A stretch of DNA of 64,000 bases, taken from positions 3,020 through 67,019 of the forward strand of contig JAKLEA010000028.1 in the NCBI GenBank assembly GCA_022711755.1, read 5' to 3'. Shown here one piece after another: positions 34,282 through 43,779 of the stretch (positions within the stretch are counted from its first letter, which is position 1; every line of letters starts with the position of its first letter). The DNA is from Planctomycetota bacterium (GTDB taxonomy: Bacteria > Planctomycetota > Brocadiia > SM23-32 > JAKLEA01). The notes beneath the pieces were generated by a model, which ran no database searches, had not been told where the DNA came from, and worked only from the letters and a program-made list of their open reading frames with translations. Both the position numbers and the translations under genes were made by a program.

Positions 34282-36351
34282 TCAAGGCAGGGTCAGACGC
34301 CACACGTCATTCATCAGAGGCCAGGAATTCCCGGCGACGACCCACAGGCTGCCATTGAAAATGTAACATGTCGGCTCGTGCCGCGCCGAGAAGCATTTGG
34401 GCGACTTGAACTCAACCCAGTTCACGCCGTTCTCTGTGTGCCATACGTCGCCGAAGTTCGCGCTGTTGACGTTATCGTGTCCGCCGATGATCCACATCCG
34501 CCCTTTGTATTCCATCGCTATGAACCACTGGCGGGGCTTCCACGGGGCATGTTCGAGGACGCGGTTCCATTCCTTCCCGTCACTGGAACACCAGACGTCG
34601 TTGTGGGTAATCATGTCCTTATAACCTTTTTCCGGCGGATTGTTGACGCCGGAGGTGCGCCCGCCGAGGAGCCAGAGTTTGTCCTTGAAGGCGACAACCG
34701 CCGAGGCCGCGCGCCCGCCGAAGGGCGCTTCCTTCCGGACGCATTCCCAGTTGACGCAGTCGCTCGTGTTCCAGACGTCGCGCCCGCTTCCCAGTTGCCA
34801 TATCTTGTTTTTGAAGACGAGGGTTTCGCCGTAGCTTCTGACTCCGAACGGCGTCTTTTCTGCGACTTGCTTCCAGTCAACGCCGTCCCTCGAGGTCCAG
34901 ACGCTTCCCTTGATCGCCCACATTCTTCCGTCGTAAGCGACCATCTCGCTGTAGCCGTCGTATGGCGTATTCTTGTTGATCAGCTTCCATTCGATGCCGT
35001 CTGTTGTGTTCCAGAGGTCGCGGGTCAGGATGTTGCCGTTATAATATCCGTTGCTGAGCCACATCTTGCCGTCATAGATGACGTCTTCCGCCGTGTCGCG
35101 TATGCTGAAGGCGGCATGTTCGTTGACTAGCGCCCATTCGCCCGCTATCTCTTTCGTTCTCCCTGCGGTTTGAGAAGGATTCATCGTTTCTATTTCGCTG
35201 GCGGCAAGGGCGTCAGCCAGGACGAAGCAGGCGCGCGCGGCACTGGCTGCATGGATGAGTTTGCACTTTTCCAGCGGTTTTTGTGGGATATCGTCCCAGT
35301 TTTCAGGATAGTTGCCTTCAGCGTCTCTGTTGCGCTGGGCGACGAATTCCACAGCGCGGATTACCGCATCAGTGTATTTCCTTTCACCTGTGACCGCACC
35401 CAGTTCCAGAAGGCTTTCCGCCAACAGGTGCGCGAACATTGACGCGCCCTTGAACGCTCCGGTATCCGGGACCTGCCACGTCTTCAGCGCGGAGTCGGCG
35501 GACTGGCGGGCCATGTCGAGCCATGCCTTAGCCCGCGCCGGATCGGTCTCGATTGTGGAGCGGATCGCCAGGGCGCGGATGGTCAGGGCCGTGTTGTATG
35601 AGAACTTCGTCTTGTCAACCGTGCCGTCCAGTTTGATGTTATCCCACATAAGGCCGTCCTGCGGATCGCGCAGATTGGCCAGCGTCCAGTCGAGTATTGC
35701 GTCCCCCTTCCTGCGATAATCATCTTCGCCTGTCGTCCTGTAAAGCAGATAACCGGCAACCGCCGACGGCGCGTTGGAGCATGTGTTTTTCGATGCCTTG
35801 TCGCTTTCCCGCCAGTAGATTCCGCCGCCCAGCTTATCGTCCATGCCGCTGAGAACATAGTCCATAGCCCTTTCGGCGCGGTTGAAATACGACTCGTTTC
35901 CGGAGTTCTTATGCGCTTCGGCAAGCGCGATGACGATCCATGCGTTGTCATCGTAATAACGGTCAACAGGCTTCGGGCACGTCAGACAGTCGTAACCGGG
36001 GACAGGTCCTGCCGAATTCCAGTAGACATCTAATGCTTTAATGTAATCGTTCAGCCATGCCTGACACTTTTCCGGATCGGCCTTTGCCGCGCCGTTGAGC
36101 GCGGAGAGCATGACGCCAGCGCCCCATGCGAAGGCCGGACCGGACTGACCGCCGTTCCTGCTCCATTCGTCGGAGTAGAGTTTCTTATCAGGAATCAGGA
36201 ACTGAGAACGTATTTTGCTGATGATCTCGGAACCGCGCGCGCGCATCCGGGCGGCTGTCTGGAGGCCGTCGGCGCTCGATGGTTCCGCGGCGTATATTGC
36301 CGCGGGGCAGAGAAGCTGTGCGGCGATCACGGCAAGACTCGCGAATTTCAT
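34282..36351 (-). CDS. secreted GH76-like alpha-1,6-mannanase fused to a C-terminal beta-propeller (Kelch/BNR-like repeats)
   Basis: 689 aa. AAGAGG SD. Signal peptide. GH76 motifs DRYYDDNAWIVIALAEAH and GGGIYWRESDKASKNTCSNAPSA. C-terminal half has repeats W(N/T/C)(T/S)xDG(I/V/K)xW (x5-6). Confidence 0.75.
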   Translation of the reverse strand: MKFASLAVIAAQLLCPAAIYAAEPSSADGLQTAARMRARGSEIISKIRSQFLIPDKKLYSDEWSRNGGQSGPAFAWGAGVMLSALNGAAKADPEKCQAWLNDYIKALDVYWNSAGPVPGYDCLTCPKPVDRYYDDNAWIVIALAEAHKNSGNESYFNRAERAMDYVLSGMDDKLGGGIYWRESDKASKNTCSNAPSAVAGYLLYRTTGEDDYRRKGDAILDWTLANLRDPQDGLMWDNIKLDGTVDKTKFSYNTALTIRALAIRSTIETDPARAKAWLDMARQSADSALKTWQVPDTGAFKGASMFAHLLAESLLELGAVTGERKYTDAVIRAVEFVAQRNRDAEGNYPENWDDIPQKPLEKCKLIHAASAARACFVLADALAASEIETMNPSQTAGRTKEIAGEWALVNEHAAFSIRDTAEDVIYDGKMWLSNGYYNGNILTRDLWNTTDGIEWKLINKNTPYDGYSEMVAYDGRMWAIKGSVWTSRDGVDWKQVAEKTPFGVRSYGETLVFKNKIWQLGSGRDVWNTSDCVNWECVRKEAPFGGRAASAVVAFKDKLWLLGGRTSGVNNPPEKGYKDMITHNDVWCSSDGKEWNRVLEHAPWKPRQWFIAMEYKGRMWIIGGHDNVNSANFGDVWHTENGVNWVEFKSPKCFSARHEPTCYIFNGSLWVVAGNSWPLMNDVWRLTLP

Positions 36352-36475
36352 CCCGCACCTCTTTCGTGGTCGTGGTATTCAGTGGCGGATTGTCTTCAAT
36401 AATGATAACGCCGGCAGGACGGCATTTCACCCGCAATGCGTGAAGCTGAAACGGTGAGACCAATTCGGGATCGGG

Positions 36476-36943
36476 TTATTTACATCCGCAAACGCCGTCC
36501 GGACCGCGTTCGATCTCTGATATTCTATCAACGCGGCGCTGGTGTCTTCCGCCTTCTTCTTCCGCGCCAAGCCATGCGGCGATGATTGCCCCGACCTGCT
36601 CCGGATGGAGGAAATCCCTGCCGAGACAGAGCACATTGGCGTGATTATGCCGGCGGGCCAATTCCGCGCTTTTTTCATTCCAGCATACGGCGGCGCGGAT
36701 GCCTTTGACCTTGTTTGCGGCCAGGCTCATGCCGATGCCTGATCCGCAGATGAGAATCCCCAGACCGCATTCCCCCCGCGAAACGCTGGAAGCGGCTTCA
36801 TGGGCGATATCCGGATAATCTGCGGATTCAACCTTCTCGCTTATTCCGCAGTCGTAGATCTCAACCCCGAGTGATTTTAATGCTGACAGGGCCTCGTTAC
36901 GATAGGCAAACCCCCTGTGGTCACAACCGAAAGCAACCTTCAA
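36476..36943 (-). CDS. rpiB: ribose-5-phosphate isomerase B
   Basis: 155 aa. MKVAFGCDHRGF, ILICGSGIGMSLAANK, RRHNHANVLCLG (RpiB/LacA/LacB family). Confidence 0.9.
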   Translation of the reverse strand: MKVAFGCDHRGFAYRNEALSALKSLGVEIYDCGISEKVESADYPDIAHEAASSVSRGECGLGILICGSGIGMSLAANKVKGIRAAVCWNEKSAELARRHNHANVLCLGRDFLHPEQVGAIIAAWLGAEEEGGRHQRRVDRISEIERGPDGVCGCK

Positions 36944-36989
36944 GGCCCTGGCTCCGGGAACGGTTTCTTGCCGGCTGCGCGATAGACGG

Positions 36990-37187
36990 TTAGAACTCGT
37001 TCTCGCGCTGGCCTTTTCTGATTGACTTCAGGCGCTGGCTTTGCTCGCGGCGGCGCTTCTCCGAGGGCTTCTCGAAATAGGCCCCGCGCTTTGCCGTGTT
37101 GATAATGCCTTCCTTGTCAACAAGCTTCTTGAAACGCCTGATGGCTTCCTTTATCTGTTCGTCCTGTTTAATCAACACCTTCGCCAT
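36990..37187 (-). CDS. rpsU: 30S ribosomal protein S21
   Basis: ORF track extends to 37307. The true start is ATG 37187 (MAKVLIKQDEQIKEAIRRFKKLVDKEGIINTAKRGAYFEKPSEKRRRE...), 65 aa. Confidence 0.9.
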   Translation of the reverse strand: MAKVLIKQDEQIKEAIRRFKKLVDKEGIINTAKRGAYFEKPSEKRRREQSQRLKSIRKGQRENEF

Positions 37188-37278
37188 TAAGACACGCATC
37201 CCTTCGCACAAACCTGAGAATTGAATGAGAAGACGGACACCCTTTAAATGAATGTCAGAAATCTCCCACTTGGCCCCA

Positions 37279-37307
37279 AATCTAGCCGACGCTCTCGCGT
37301 CTGTCAA
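37279..37307 (-). promoter_or_regulatory. sigma-70-like promoter of rpsU (TTGACA-N17-TAGATT)
   Basis: Minus strand: TTGACA at 37307-37302 and TAGATT at 37284-37279, leaving about 85 nt of 5' UTR. Confidence 0.4.
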
Positions 37308-37376
37308 TAACCTTGATTTGTTTTTTATATCACAGATTGAATGATGTCTGCCGCGTCCTGATGCCTTCCGATACGG

Positions 37377-38222
37377 TCAATGAGGAAGATGCGAGTTTAG
37401 CCATTCGATCAGGAACGCAAAAACCTCCTGCTTTTCCGGCTCGTTGTGGACCTCGTGGTAGAGTCCGGGAAATGACTTGAAAGCGCAATCTCCCGGAACG
37501 CGCGTGGAGAACTCGCGAGCCGGATCTTCCAGGCAGAGGGGATCGGCGCTGCCGTGCATCATCAGGAGGGGCAGGGGGAAATCCTCTGCGTGTTCCCATA
37601 CCCATTTGCGGGTATCCAGCAGGACGTTGCCGAGGCGCACGGAGACGCGGTCATGGCTCAGCGGATCGGCCTCCGCCGCCTTGACAACTTCGGGGTCGCG
37701 CGAGATACCGCCGATATCCAGGTCGTTGGCGATGGTGAACGTCGGCCAGATGTTGTTCATCAGGCGCGCGAAGGCAAGGAGCGCCTTTGACGGTTCGATG
37801 GAGGAGCGGAACGCCGCGCCGGTGACGATTGCGCCGGTGATCTTCGGTCGGCGTTTCAGCGCGTAACCGAGGACGATCATCGAACCCATGCTGTGACCGT
37901 AAAGGAATCGGGGGATGCCGGGATACAGTTCATCCGCTCTGGCAAGCAGCCTGTCAACGTCGCTCATCCAAGCTTCGAACGACGGGATGTAGCCGTGCCT
38001 GCCCTCGGACTTGCCGTTGCCGCGAAGGTCGAAAGTCAGAAGGGCATATTCCGCCATGTTAAGCGCTTTGCCGACGTGCGCGTAACGCCCGCTGTGCTCT
38101 CCCATGCCGTGGACGAGGCAGACGGCCGCTTTCGGTTTTCCCGATGATGGTTCGGGAAGCCATGCCTGGCCGTAGAGCTTTTGTGCGTTTTCAAGTGTCC
38201 AATGCCAGTCTGTGTGAGACAT
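37377..38222 (-). CDS. alpha/beta hydrolase (lysophospholipase / monoacylglycerol-lipase-like)
   Basis: 281 aa. HGMGEHSGRY, nucleophile elbow GHSMGS, MMHGSADPL, YHEVHNE. Confidence 0.8.
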   Translation of the reverse strand: MSHTDWHWTLENAQKLYGQAWLPEPSSGKPKAAVCLVHGMGEHSGRYAHVGKALNMAEYALLTFDLRGNGKSEGRHGYIPSFEAWMSDVDRLLARADELYPGIPRFLYGHSMGSMIVLGYALKRRPKITGAIVTGAAFRSSIEPSKALLAFARLMNNIWPTFTIANDLDIGGISRDPEVVKAAEADPLSHDRVSVRLGNVLLDTRKWVWEHAEDFPLPLLMMHGSADPLCLEDPAREFSTRVPGDCAFKSFPGLYHEVHNEPEKQEVFAFLIEWLNSHLPH

Positions 38223-38439
38223 TACAGTATTAGCGATTCCTTTTGTGTTTTCCGGGGCATGATTATGGCATGTATGATTCTAGAAATGATAACAAACAGA
38301 ATCGAGGGCGTGGAGAATGAATCCGTTGAAAACTTATGCCATATTTTTGGGGAGTTCTAATGACCTGAAGATCGGGGTAAGATACGGCAGTCTTTTTCGG
38401 GCATTGGAGCGCATTTGTGTTGGACAGGGAAACGCCTAA

Positions 38440-39342
38440 ATGGAATTGATAGACAGGATACTGGGCCGCCGGACCGGGTCGGTCTTCGGCGATTATCACG
38501 CCGTGAGAACTATTTACGAGGGGGAGAAATCCCGCGTTTATGAAGGCTCCATGGCGGGAAGCGATGAGACGGTAGCCATCAAGCTATTCACCCCAGCCTA
38601 CGAGCGGACTGTTACGCTGATGACGAAGCGGCACAGGATTCCCTGGGAAGGCGAGGTGGGGATGGCGCTCAATCCGCCGGACGGGGTGGCTGGCGATGAG
38701 TATCCGATAGTCAGAACGATTTTGCACGGGCGTGAGTTCGGCAGGAGAAGCGGGTGCCGCTACATCGTGCTTGAATACGTGCATGGGATAGGATTGAGAA
38801 CGCTGATCCAGAACAGGCACATTATCCTGACGGACATGCGCAGGCAGATCACCTCGCAGCTCTGCCGGGCCTTGGCCCTGATTCACGCAAAGGGCATGAT
38901 TTTCAGGGACGTGAACGCGGAAAATGTCATAGTCCGTCTTGATGGAAGGGTGAAGCTGATTGACCTGGGCTTCGTCGCTCCTTCAGGGATCGTTTTTGAG
39001 GAAAGGGCAGGCACGCCGAGTTACATGTCCCCGGAACAGATAAAGGGCGGGGAATTGCGCCCCGCGACGGACATTTATTCGCTGGGGGCGCTATTCCATG
39101 AGATGGTTTTCGGTAGGCTGCCGTTCACGACGGGGACGGCGGCTGATACGCCGATTCGTGCGCTGCAACGCCGCAATGAGATTATGAAAATGCACTTGGA
39201 AGCAGAGTTGCCGCAGCCGTCTGAGGAAGACGCACGGCTTGCCGGGGGGTTCCTGCCCATCATTCGGCGATGTCTTGCCAAGGAGCCAGATGCCCGTTTT
39301 TCTGACGCGGCGGAGTTGCTTGAAGAGATTGAAAAGCTGTAG
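38440..39342 (+). CDS. Hanks-type Ser/Thr protein kinase (kinase domain only)
   Basis: 300 aa. VAIKLF, FRDVNAENVIV, LIDLGF, GTPSYMSPEQ. Confidence 0.8.
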   Translation: MELIDRILGRRTGSVFGDYHAVRTIYEGEKSRVYEGSMAGSDETVAIKLFTPAYERTVTLMTKRHRIPWEGEVGMALNPPDGVAGDEYPIVRTILHGREFGRRSGCRYIVLEYVHGIGLRTLIQNRHIILTDMRRQITSQLCRALALIHAKGMIFRDVNAENVIVRLDGRVKLIDLGFVAPSGIVFEERAGTPSYMSPEQIKGGELRPATDIYSLGALFHEMVFGRLPFTTGTAADTPIRALQRRNEIMKMHLEAELPQPSEEDARLAGGFLPIIRRCLAKEPDARFSDAAELLEEIEKL

Positions 39343-39452
39343 ACGCTCAATCTGGCGCGTTGCATTCGCCTTGAAATATGCTCCATTTCCATTCCCCATT
39401 TGATTATCATCTCCACCTCTTGGACGCTTGCTTGACGCGGAAGTAATCATGC

Positions 39453-41111
39453 GTGGGAGACCTTTTGCAAACGATTAAGAAAAGAAAAGGATCAGACTGG
39501 TCGGGTCTGCAGGCTTTTCGCGTCACGACCGTCGCAATGGGTTTACTTTTCGTTTTCATTTCAAGCGGCGAGGTTGCGCGGACGGAGCAGCGCGAATTTG
39601 CCCTTGCCGTCAAGATGGCGGACATGGAGCAGGTCGCAGCTTATCTGAAGACGGATCCCGAGCTTGTCAATGCCAACATCAGAGACGGATGGCGTCCGAT
39701 TCACTATGCATGCATTCTTGGGCACATGGACGTTATGAAGCTACTGCTTAATGCCGGCGCCGACTTGAACGCGCAAGGGCCTTTGGGGGTTACGCCATTG
39801 CGGATGGCATTGGATGCCGGCAGGGAGGATATTCTTAACGAGCTTCTGAAGGCTGGGGCGAGTGTGGATATTTTTACTGCCGCCGCCACCGGCAATGCGG
39901 AACTTATGGTCAGAATGATGAAAGGTTTTCCGGAACTGACGAACGCAAAAGATCACAAGGGGCGGACGCCCCTGCACTGGGCGGCGATACGGGGACAGGT
40001 CTCGACCGTACAAATCCTTCTGGCGGCTAAGGCAGACGCCAATGCAAGGGACAACTTACAGAAGACGCCGTTATCTGATGCTGCGCGAGCCGGACATGCG
40101 GAAGTTGTCAGGATTTTGTTGGATGCGCGGGCCGACATCGGATTGAAGTGCGGGCAGACCGGAGGCACGGCGCTTCATTGGGCGGCAGTCGAAGGGCGGG
40201 ACGAGATCGTCCGCCTGCTGCTGGCCCGCGGGGCCGACCCGAATGCGCGCAGCAACGACGGCAAGACCGCGCTGATGGCGGGCGCTTATGCCGGAAAGCC
40301 GGACATCGTCGGGATATTGCTCAAAAACGGCGCGGATCCGAATGCCGCCGACCAGAATTCTGTTACGGCCTTGCATGGCGCGGCCTATTCCGGAGACGTT
40401 GCGCTCTGCAACATTCTTATTGCATGGGGCGCGGATGTGAATGCCCGCCAGAAGGCGGGTTATTCTTCGCTTCACGTGGCTGCGGAAAATTGGAAAAGCC
40501 TTATTGTTGAGACGTTGCTTGAAAACGGAGCGGAACCGGATATCTTTTCCGCTTCGGCGCTTGGCATGAAGGCATTTGTCGCGCAGACTCTTGAGCGTAA
40601 TCCCGAAGCTCTGAACACGGGTGATGTAAATGGATTTACTCCTCTCACGTGGGCCGCCCGGGGCGGTTCCAGGGAGGTTGTGGAATTCCTGCTGGACAAG
40701 GGGGCCGACCCAGGACACGTAAATTCCTCCGGTCAGACGGCGCTTGGAATGGCCGCCACCGGCAGGTTCGCGGAGATCGCCGGCCTGCTGCTTGAACGCG
40801 GCGCTGACGCCAATGCCCGGTCGAAGCAGGCCGCGGATACCCCGCTCTTTGTTTCCGCTACTCTGTCCGACGTTCGCACAGCGCGAGTGTTGATTGACGC
40901 CGGCTCCGATGTGAATGCCAGGAATACGCGGCATTTGACGCCGCTTCATATTGTCGCGTTTTCAGGCACACAAGAGATGGCCGGCCTTTTAATCGAGCGT
41001 GGAGCGGACATTCACGCCCGCAGCGATGCCGGAGCAACTCCTCTGGATATCGCGGCGGATGCTGGAAATACTCCGGTTGCGAGGCTCCTGATGAAAAAAG
41101 GGGCAAGGTAA
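39453..41111 (+). CDS. ankyrin-repeat protein (about 15 repeats) with N-terminal hydrophobic anchor/signal
   Basis: 552 aa with a GTG start in the track (alternative ATG 39537). Repeats of the type G(R/W)TPLH.AA..G...VV..LL..GADVNA throughout. Confidence 0.8.
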   Translation: MGDLLQTIKKRKGSDWSGLQAFRVTTVAMGLLFVFISSGEVARTEQREFALAVKMADMEQVAAYLKTDPELVNANIRDGWRPIHYACILGHMDVMKLLLNAGADLNAQGPLGVTPLRMALDAGREDILNELLKAGASVDIFTAAATGNAELMVRMMKGFPELTNAKDHKGRTPLHWAAIRGQVSTVQILLAAKADANARDNLQKTPLSDAARAGHAEVVRILLDARADIGLKCGQTGGTALHWAAVEGRDEIVRLLLARGADPNARSNDGKTALMAGAYAGKPDIVGILLKNGADPNAADQNSVTALHGAAYSGDVALCNILIAWGADVNARQKAGYSSLHVAAENWKSLIVETLLENGAEPDIFSASALGMKAFVAQTLERNPEALNTGDVNGFTPLTWAARGGSREVVEFLLDKGADPGHVNSSGQTALGMAATGRFAEIAGLLLERGADANARSKQAADTPLFVSATLSDVRTARVLIDAGSDVNARNTRHLTPLHIVAFSGTQEMAGLLIERGADIHARSDAGATPLDIAADAGNTPVARLLMKKGAR

Positions 41112-41152
41112 AAATGCCCTATCCTTTCAGGGCGGATTGAGAGGAAACGCAT

Positions 41153-43141
41153 ATGAAAGTTGCGATGAAAACCCGGGCCGAGTCGCTTGACAACCTGGGT
41201 TCTGCAAAAAAAGTCGCGGTGATCGTCTGCAAGCGATGTTTTCACGAGTTTGAAAAGGACGCGGCCGACGATCTTGATATCGCGCTGGAGACGCTGGCTA
41301 ATGCCGGCGTCGAAGCGGTCGTCAGCATGGAGGCTGATTTCCTGTGCAACTCACGCGTCGCCGCCAGAATGCTCGAGGGGGGGGTGTCAGAAGGATTTGA
41401 CGCGGTTGTGACGCTTTGTGGCGCAGGCGCGCAGGTTGTCGCGGGACTGAGCGGGAAGACCCCGGTCATTCTGCTTGGGAACGCCCGGCCGGAAAGGGGA
41501 TTCGAGGGGATATCGCTGGGCGTCAAACGGTGCATGGCGTGCGGGAAATGCCTGTTAAACCTGACGGGGGGAATCTGCCCGGTTGCGGACTGCGCCAAGA
41601 GCCTTTCCAACGGTCCTTGCGGCGGGGCGAAGGATGGCAAATGCGAGGCGAATGCCGAGAAGGATTGCGCATGGATCAGGATTTACAAACGATTGAAGGA
41701 GCAGGGGAGGCTCGACGCTCTCAAAGGCGATGTTCAGGATCGCGATTTCTCCCGTCCGTTGTTTGCCGAGGTAAAGAAGATTGAAGACAAGGCTCTGGAA
41801 AGGCGCGAGACGGGATTCGCGGGCGGGCTTTACCCGCTTGAGAACAAGGATGGGCATTCGGATCTCGCGATTGAGACGTTGCCCGATCCGCAGATCGCCG
41901 TTGTCCCGATGGCGCAGCACGTAGGCGCGCCCTGCGAATCGCGCGTAGCTGTTGGCGACGCGGTCAGCATCGGGCAGGAAATAGGCGGGAGCACGGGTTA
42001 TGTGTCTTCCGCTATCCATGCCCCGATAAGCGGGAAGGTTGTCGCCGTGGAGAAACGCCCGCACCCGACAATTCCCGGCGACGTTCTGTCCGTTGTCATT
42101 GAAAACGATGGAAAGTCGTCTCTGCATGAGTCCTGCGCGCCGCGCAGGGAGCCGGATTCCATGACCCCTGAGGAAATAATTGATGTCATCAGGCGCAGCG
42201 GAATTGTCGGGATGGGCGGCGCGATGTTTCCGACGGACGTCAAGCTCAAACCGCCCAGGCCGGTTGATCTGCTTATTCTGAACGGTTGCGAATGCGCTCC
42301 GCACCTGACGGCCGATGACCGGTTGATGGTGGAGAAGAGCGCGGAGATCGTCGGCGGGGCGAAGTTTCTGGCGAAGGCTCTGGGCGTAGGAAAGGTGATA
42401 ATCGCCATTGAGAATAACAAGTCCCTTGCCCTTGAGAGGATGAAGGAAGCGGCGGGGGACGCGGCAGAGGTCATTTCCGTCACGACAAAATACCCGCAGG
42501 GCGCGGAGCGGATGCTCATCAAGCGCCTGACGGGGCGCGACGTGCCGCGCGGCGGGTTGCCGTTCGAGGTTGGCGCGGTGGTCAACAACGTCGGCACGGC
42601 GCTGGCGGTCTATGAGGCGGTTGTCCTCGGCATGCCCCTGATCAGCCGCGTGATTACGGTTTCCGGGATGGACATTCCGAAACCAGGCAATTATCGCGTG
42701 AAGATCGGGACGCGCATACGCGACGTTCTGAATGCTGTCGGCGCGGCAAATCCAGACGCCATGCTTTCCGGACGGACGGTAAGGATGGGCGGGGGGATGA
42801 TGGGCGTTATTCAGACAAACGCTGACGCTCCGATCATCAAAGGCGCGTCGGGACTTATAGTTCTGGAAACATCTGACATAGCGCCCGACGATGCCCGGAA
42901 GTGCATTCGATGCGGACGCTGCGTCGAGGCGTGTCCGATGGGGCTTGAGCCGCACAGGCTCTGGCGTCACGTTAAGGACGAGAACTGGGAAATGGTCGAG
43001 CAACTCGGCTGCAACGACTGTTTTGATTGCGGGTGCTGCGAATACATCTGCTCGTCGAAACTGCCGCTGGTTGCGATGTTCAAGCGCGGCAAGGCAGCTT
43101 TGCGGAGGAAGAAAGATGCTGGTAACCCGGTTAAAGCCTGA
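41153..43141 (+). CDS. fusion protein: MetV-type (MTHFR C-terminal zinc-ribbon-like domain) N-terminal module plus RnfC-type NADH/FMN/FeS module
   Basis: 662 aa. SD GAGAGGAAA. MetV part: CMACGKCLLNLTGGICPVADCAKSLSNGPCGGAKDGKCE..KDCAWIRIYKRLKEQGRLD. RnfC part: GGLYPLENK, PMAQHVGAP, GIVGMGGAMFPT, LILNGCECAPHLTADDRLM, CIRCGRCVEACP, CFDCGCCEYICS. Confidence 0.8.
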   Translation: MKVAMKTRAESLDNLGSAKKVAVIVCKRCFHEFEKDAADDLDIALETLANAGVEAVVSMEADFLCNSRVAARMLEGGVSEGFDAVVTLCGAGAQVVAGLSGKTPVILLGNARPERGFEGISLGVKRCMACGKCLLNLTGGICPVADCAKSLSNGPCGGAKDGKCEANAEKDCAWIRIYKRLKEQGRLDALKGDVQDRDFSRPLFAEVKKIEDKALERRETGFAGGLYPLENKDGHSDLAIETLPDPQIAVVPMAQHVGAPCESRVAVGDAVSIGQEIGGSTGYVSSAIHAPISGKVVAVEKRPHPTIPGDVLSVVIENDGKSSLHESCAPRREPDSMTPEEIIDVIRRSGIVGMGGAMFPTDVKLKPPRPVDLLILNGCECAPHLTADDRLMVEKSAEIVGGAKFLAKALGVGKVIIAIENNKSLALERMKEAAGDAAEVISVTTKYPQGAERMLIKRLTGRDVPRGGLPFEVGAVVNNVGTALAVYEAVVLGMPLISRVITVSGMDIPKPGNYRVKIGTRIRDVLNAVGAANPDAMLSGRTVRMGGGMMGVIQTNADAPIIKGASGLIVLETSDIAPDDARKCIRCGRCVEACPMGLEPHRLWRHVKDENWEMVEQLGCNDCFDCGCCEYICSSKLPLVAMFKRGKAALRRKKDAGNPVKA

Positions 43142-43751
43142 GGAAGAGATCGCCGGGCTGATGCCTTCGAGGATACTGGTCATGCACTGCCGCGGCTGCA
43201 GCGAGGTGCATTTTCCTTACAAGTCTGCGCGGAAGATGGTCGCGGAGTTGCGCGCGAAGAATGTCGAGGTCGTCGGGGAATTGACGACGGACTATCTCTG
43301 CAACGCGGACTTTGTGAAACAACGGTTGGCCCGTCGCGCAGAAGATGTTGAGAGAGCGGAGGCTATACTGGTTTTCTCTTGCGGGGTCGGTGTTCAGCAG
43401 GTCGGCGACCTTGCCGGCAAACCGGTCTATACGGGCTGCGACACGATACGCATCGGGGGTTACCAGGGGCTTTCCCCGAAGAAGCTCGATTGCCTGCGCT
43501 GCGGGGATTGCGTCCTGACGTTCACGGGCGGAATCTGCCCGGTGGCCAACTGCGCGAAGTCGCTGGTCAACGGGCCGTGCGGCGGGGCGTCAAAGGGCAA
43601 GTGCGAGATTGATCCGGATAAGGATTGCGCGTGGATGCTCATCTACAAGCGCCTCAAGGAGCAGGGGAGGCTTGACGTGATGAGCAGGTTCATTGAACGC
43701 GATTACTCGAAAATCACGGCCGTGGCAAACTTGAGCAAGGGCGGCAAGTGA
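43116..43751 (+). CDS. metV: MetV-type protein (methylene-THF reductase C-terminal-domain protein), free-standing paralog
   Basis: ORF track starts at 42891 inside the upstream gene. ATG 43116 follows GGAGGAAG. Motifs CLRCGDCVLTFTGGICPVANCAKSLVNGPCGGASKGKCE..KDCAWMLIYKRLKEQGRLD. Confidence 0.75.
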   Translation: MLVTRLKPEEEIAGLMPSRILVMHCRGCSEVHFPYKSARKMVAELRAKNVEVVGELTTDYLCNADFVKQRLARRAEDVERAEAILVFSCGVGVQQVGDLAGKPVYTGCDTIRIGGYQGLSPKKLDCLRCGDCVLTFTGGICPVANCAKSLVNGPCGGASKGKCEIDPDKDCAWMLIYKRLKEQGRLDVMSRFIERDYSKITAVANLSKGGK

Positions 43752-43779
43752 TGCGCGGACTGCCGAAGGAGCGACAAAA

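Noticed and set aside
41555-43183. 542-aa ORF on the minus strand across the MetV-RnfC gene.
   Set aside because: Antisense to a gene with clear RnfC and Fe-S motifs. Arg/Pro-rich composition with no recognisable domain. A GC-rich antisense artefact.
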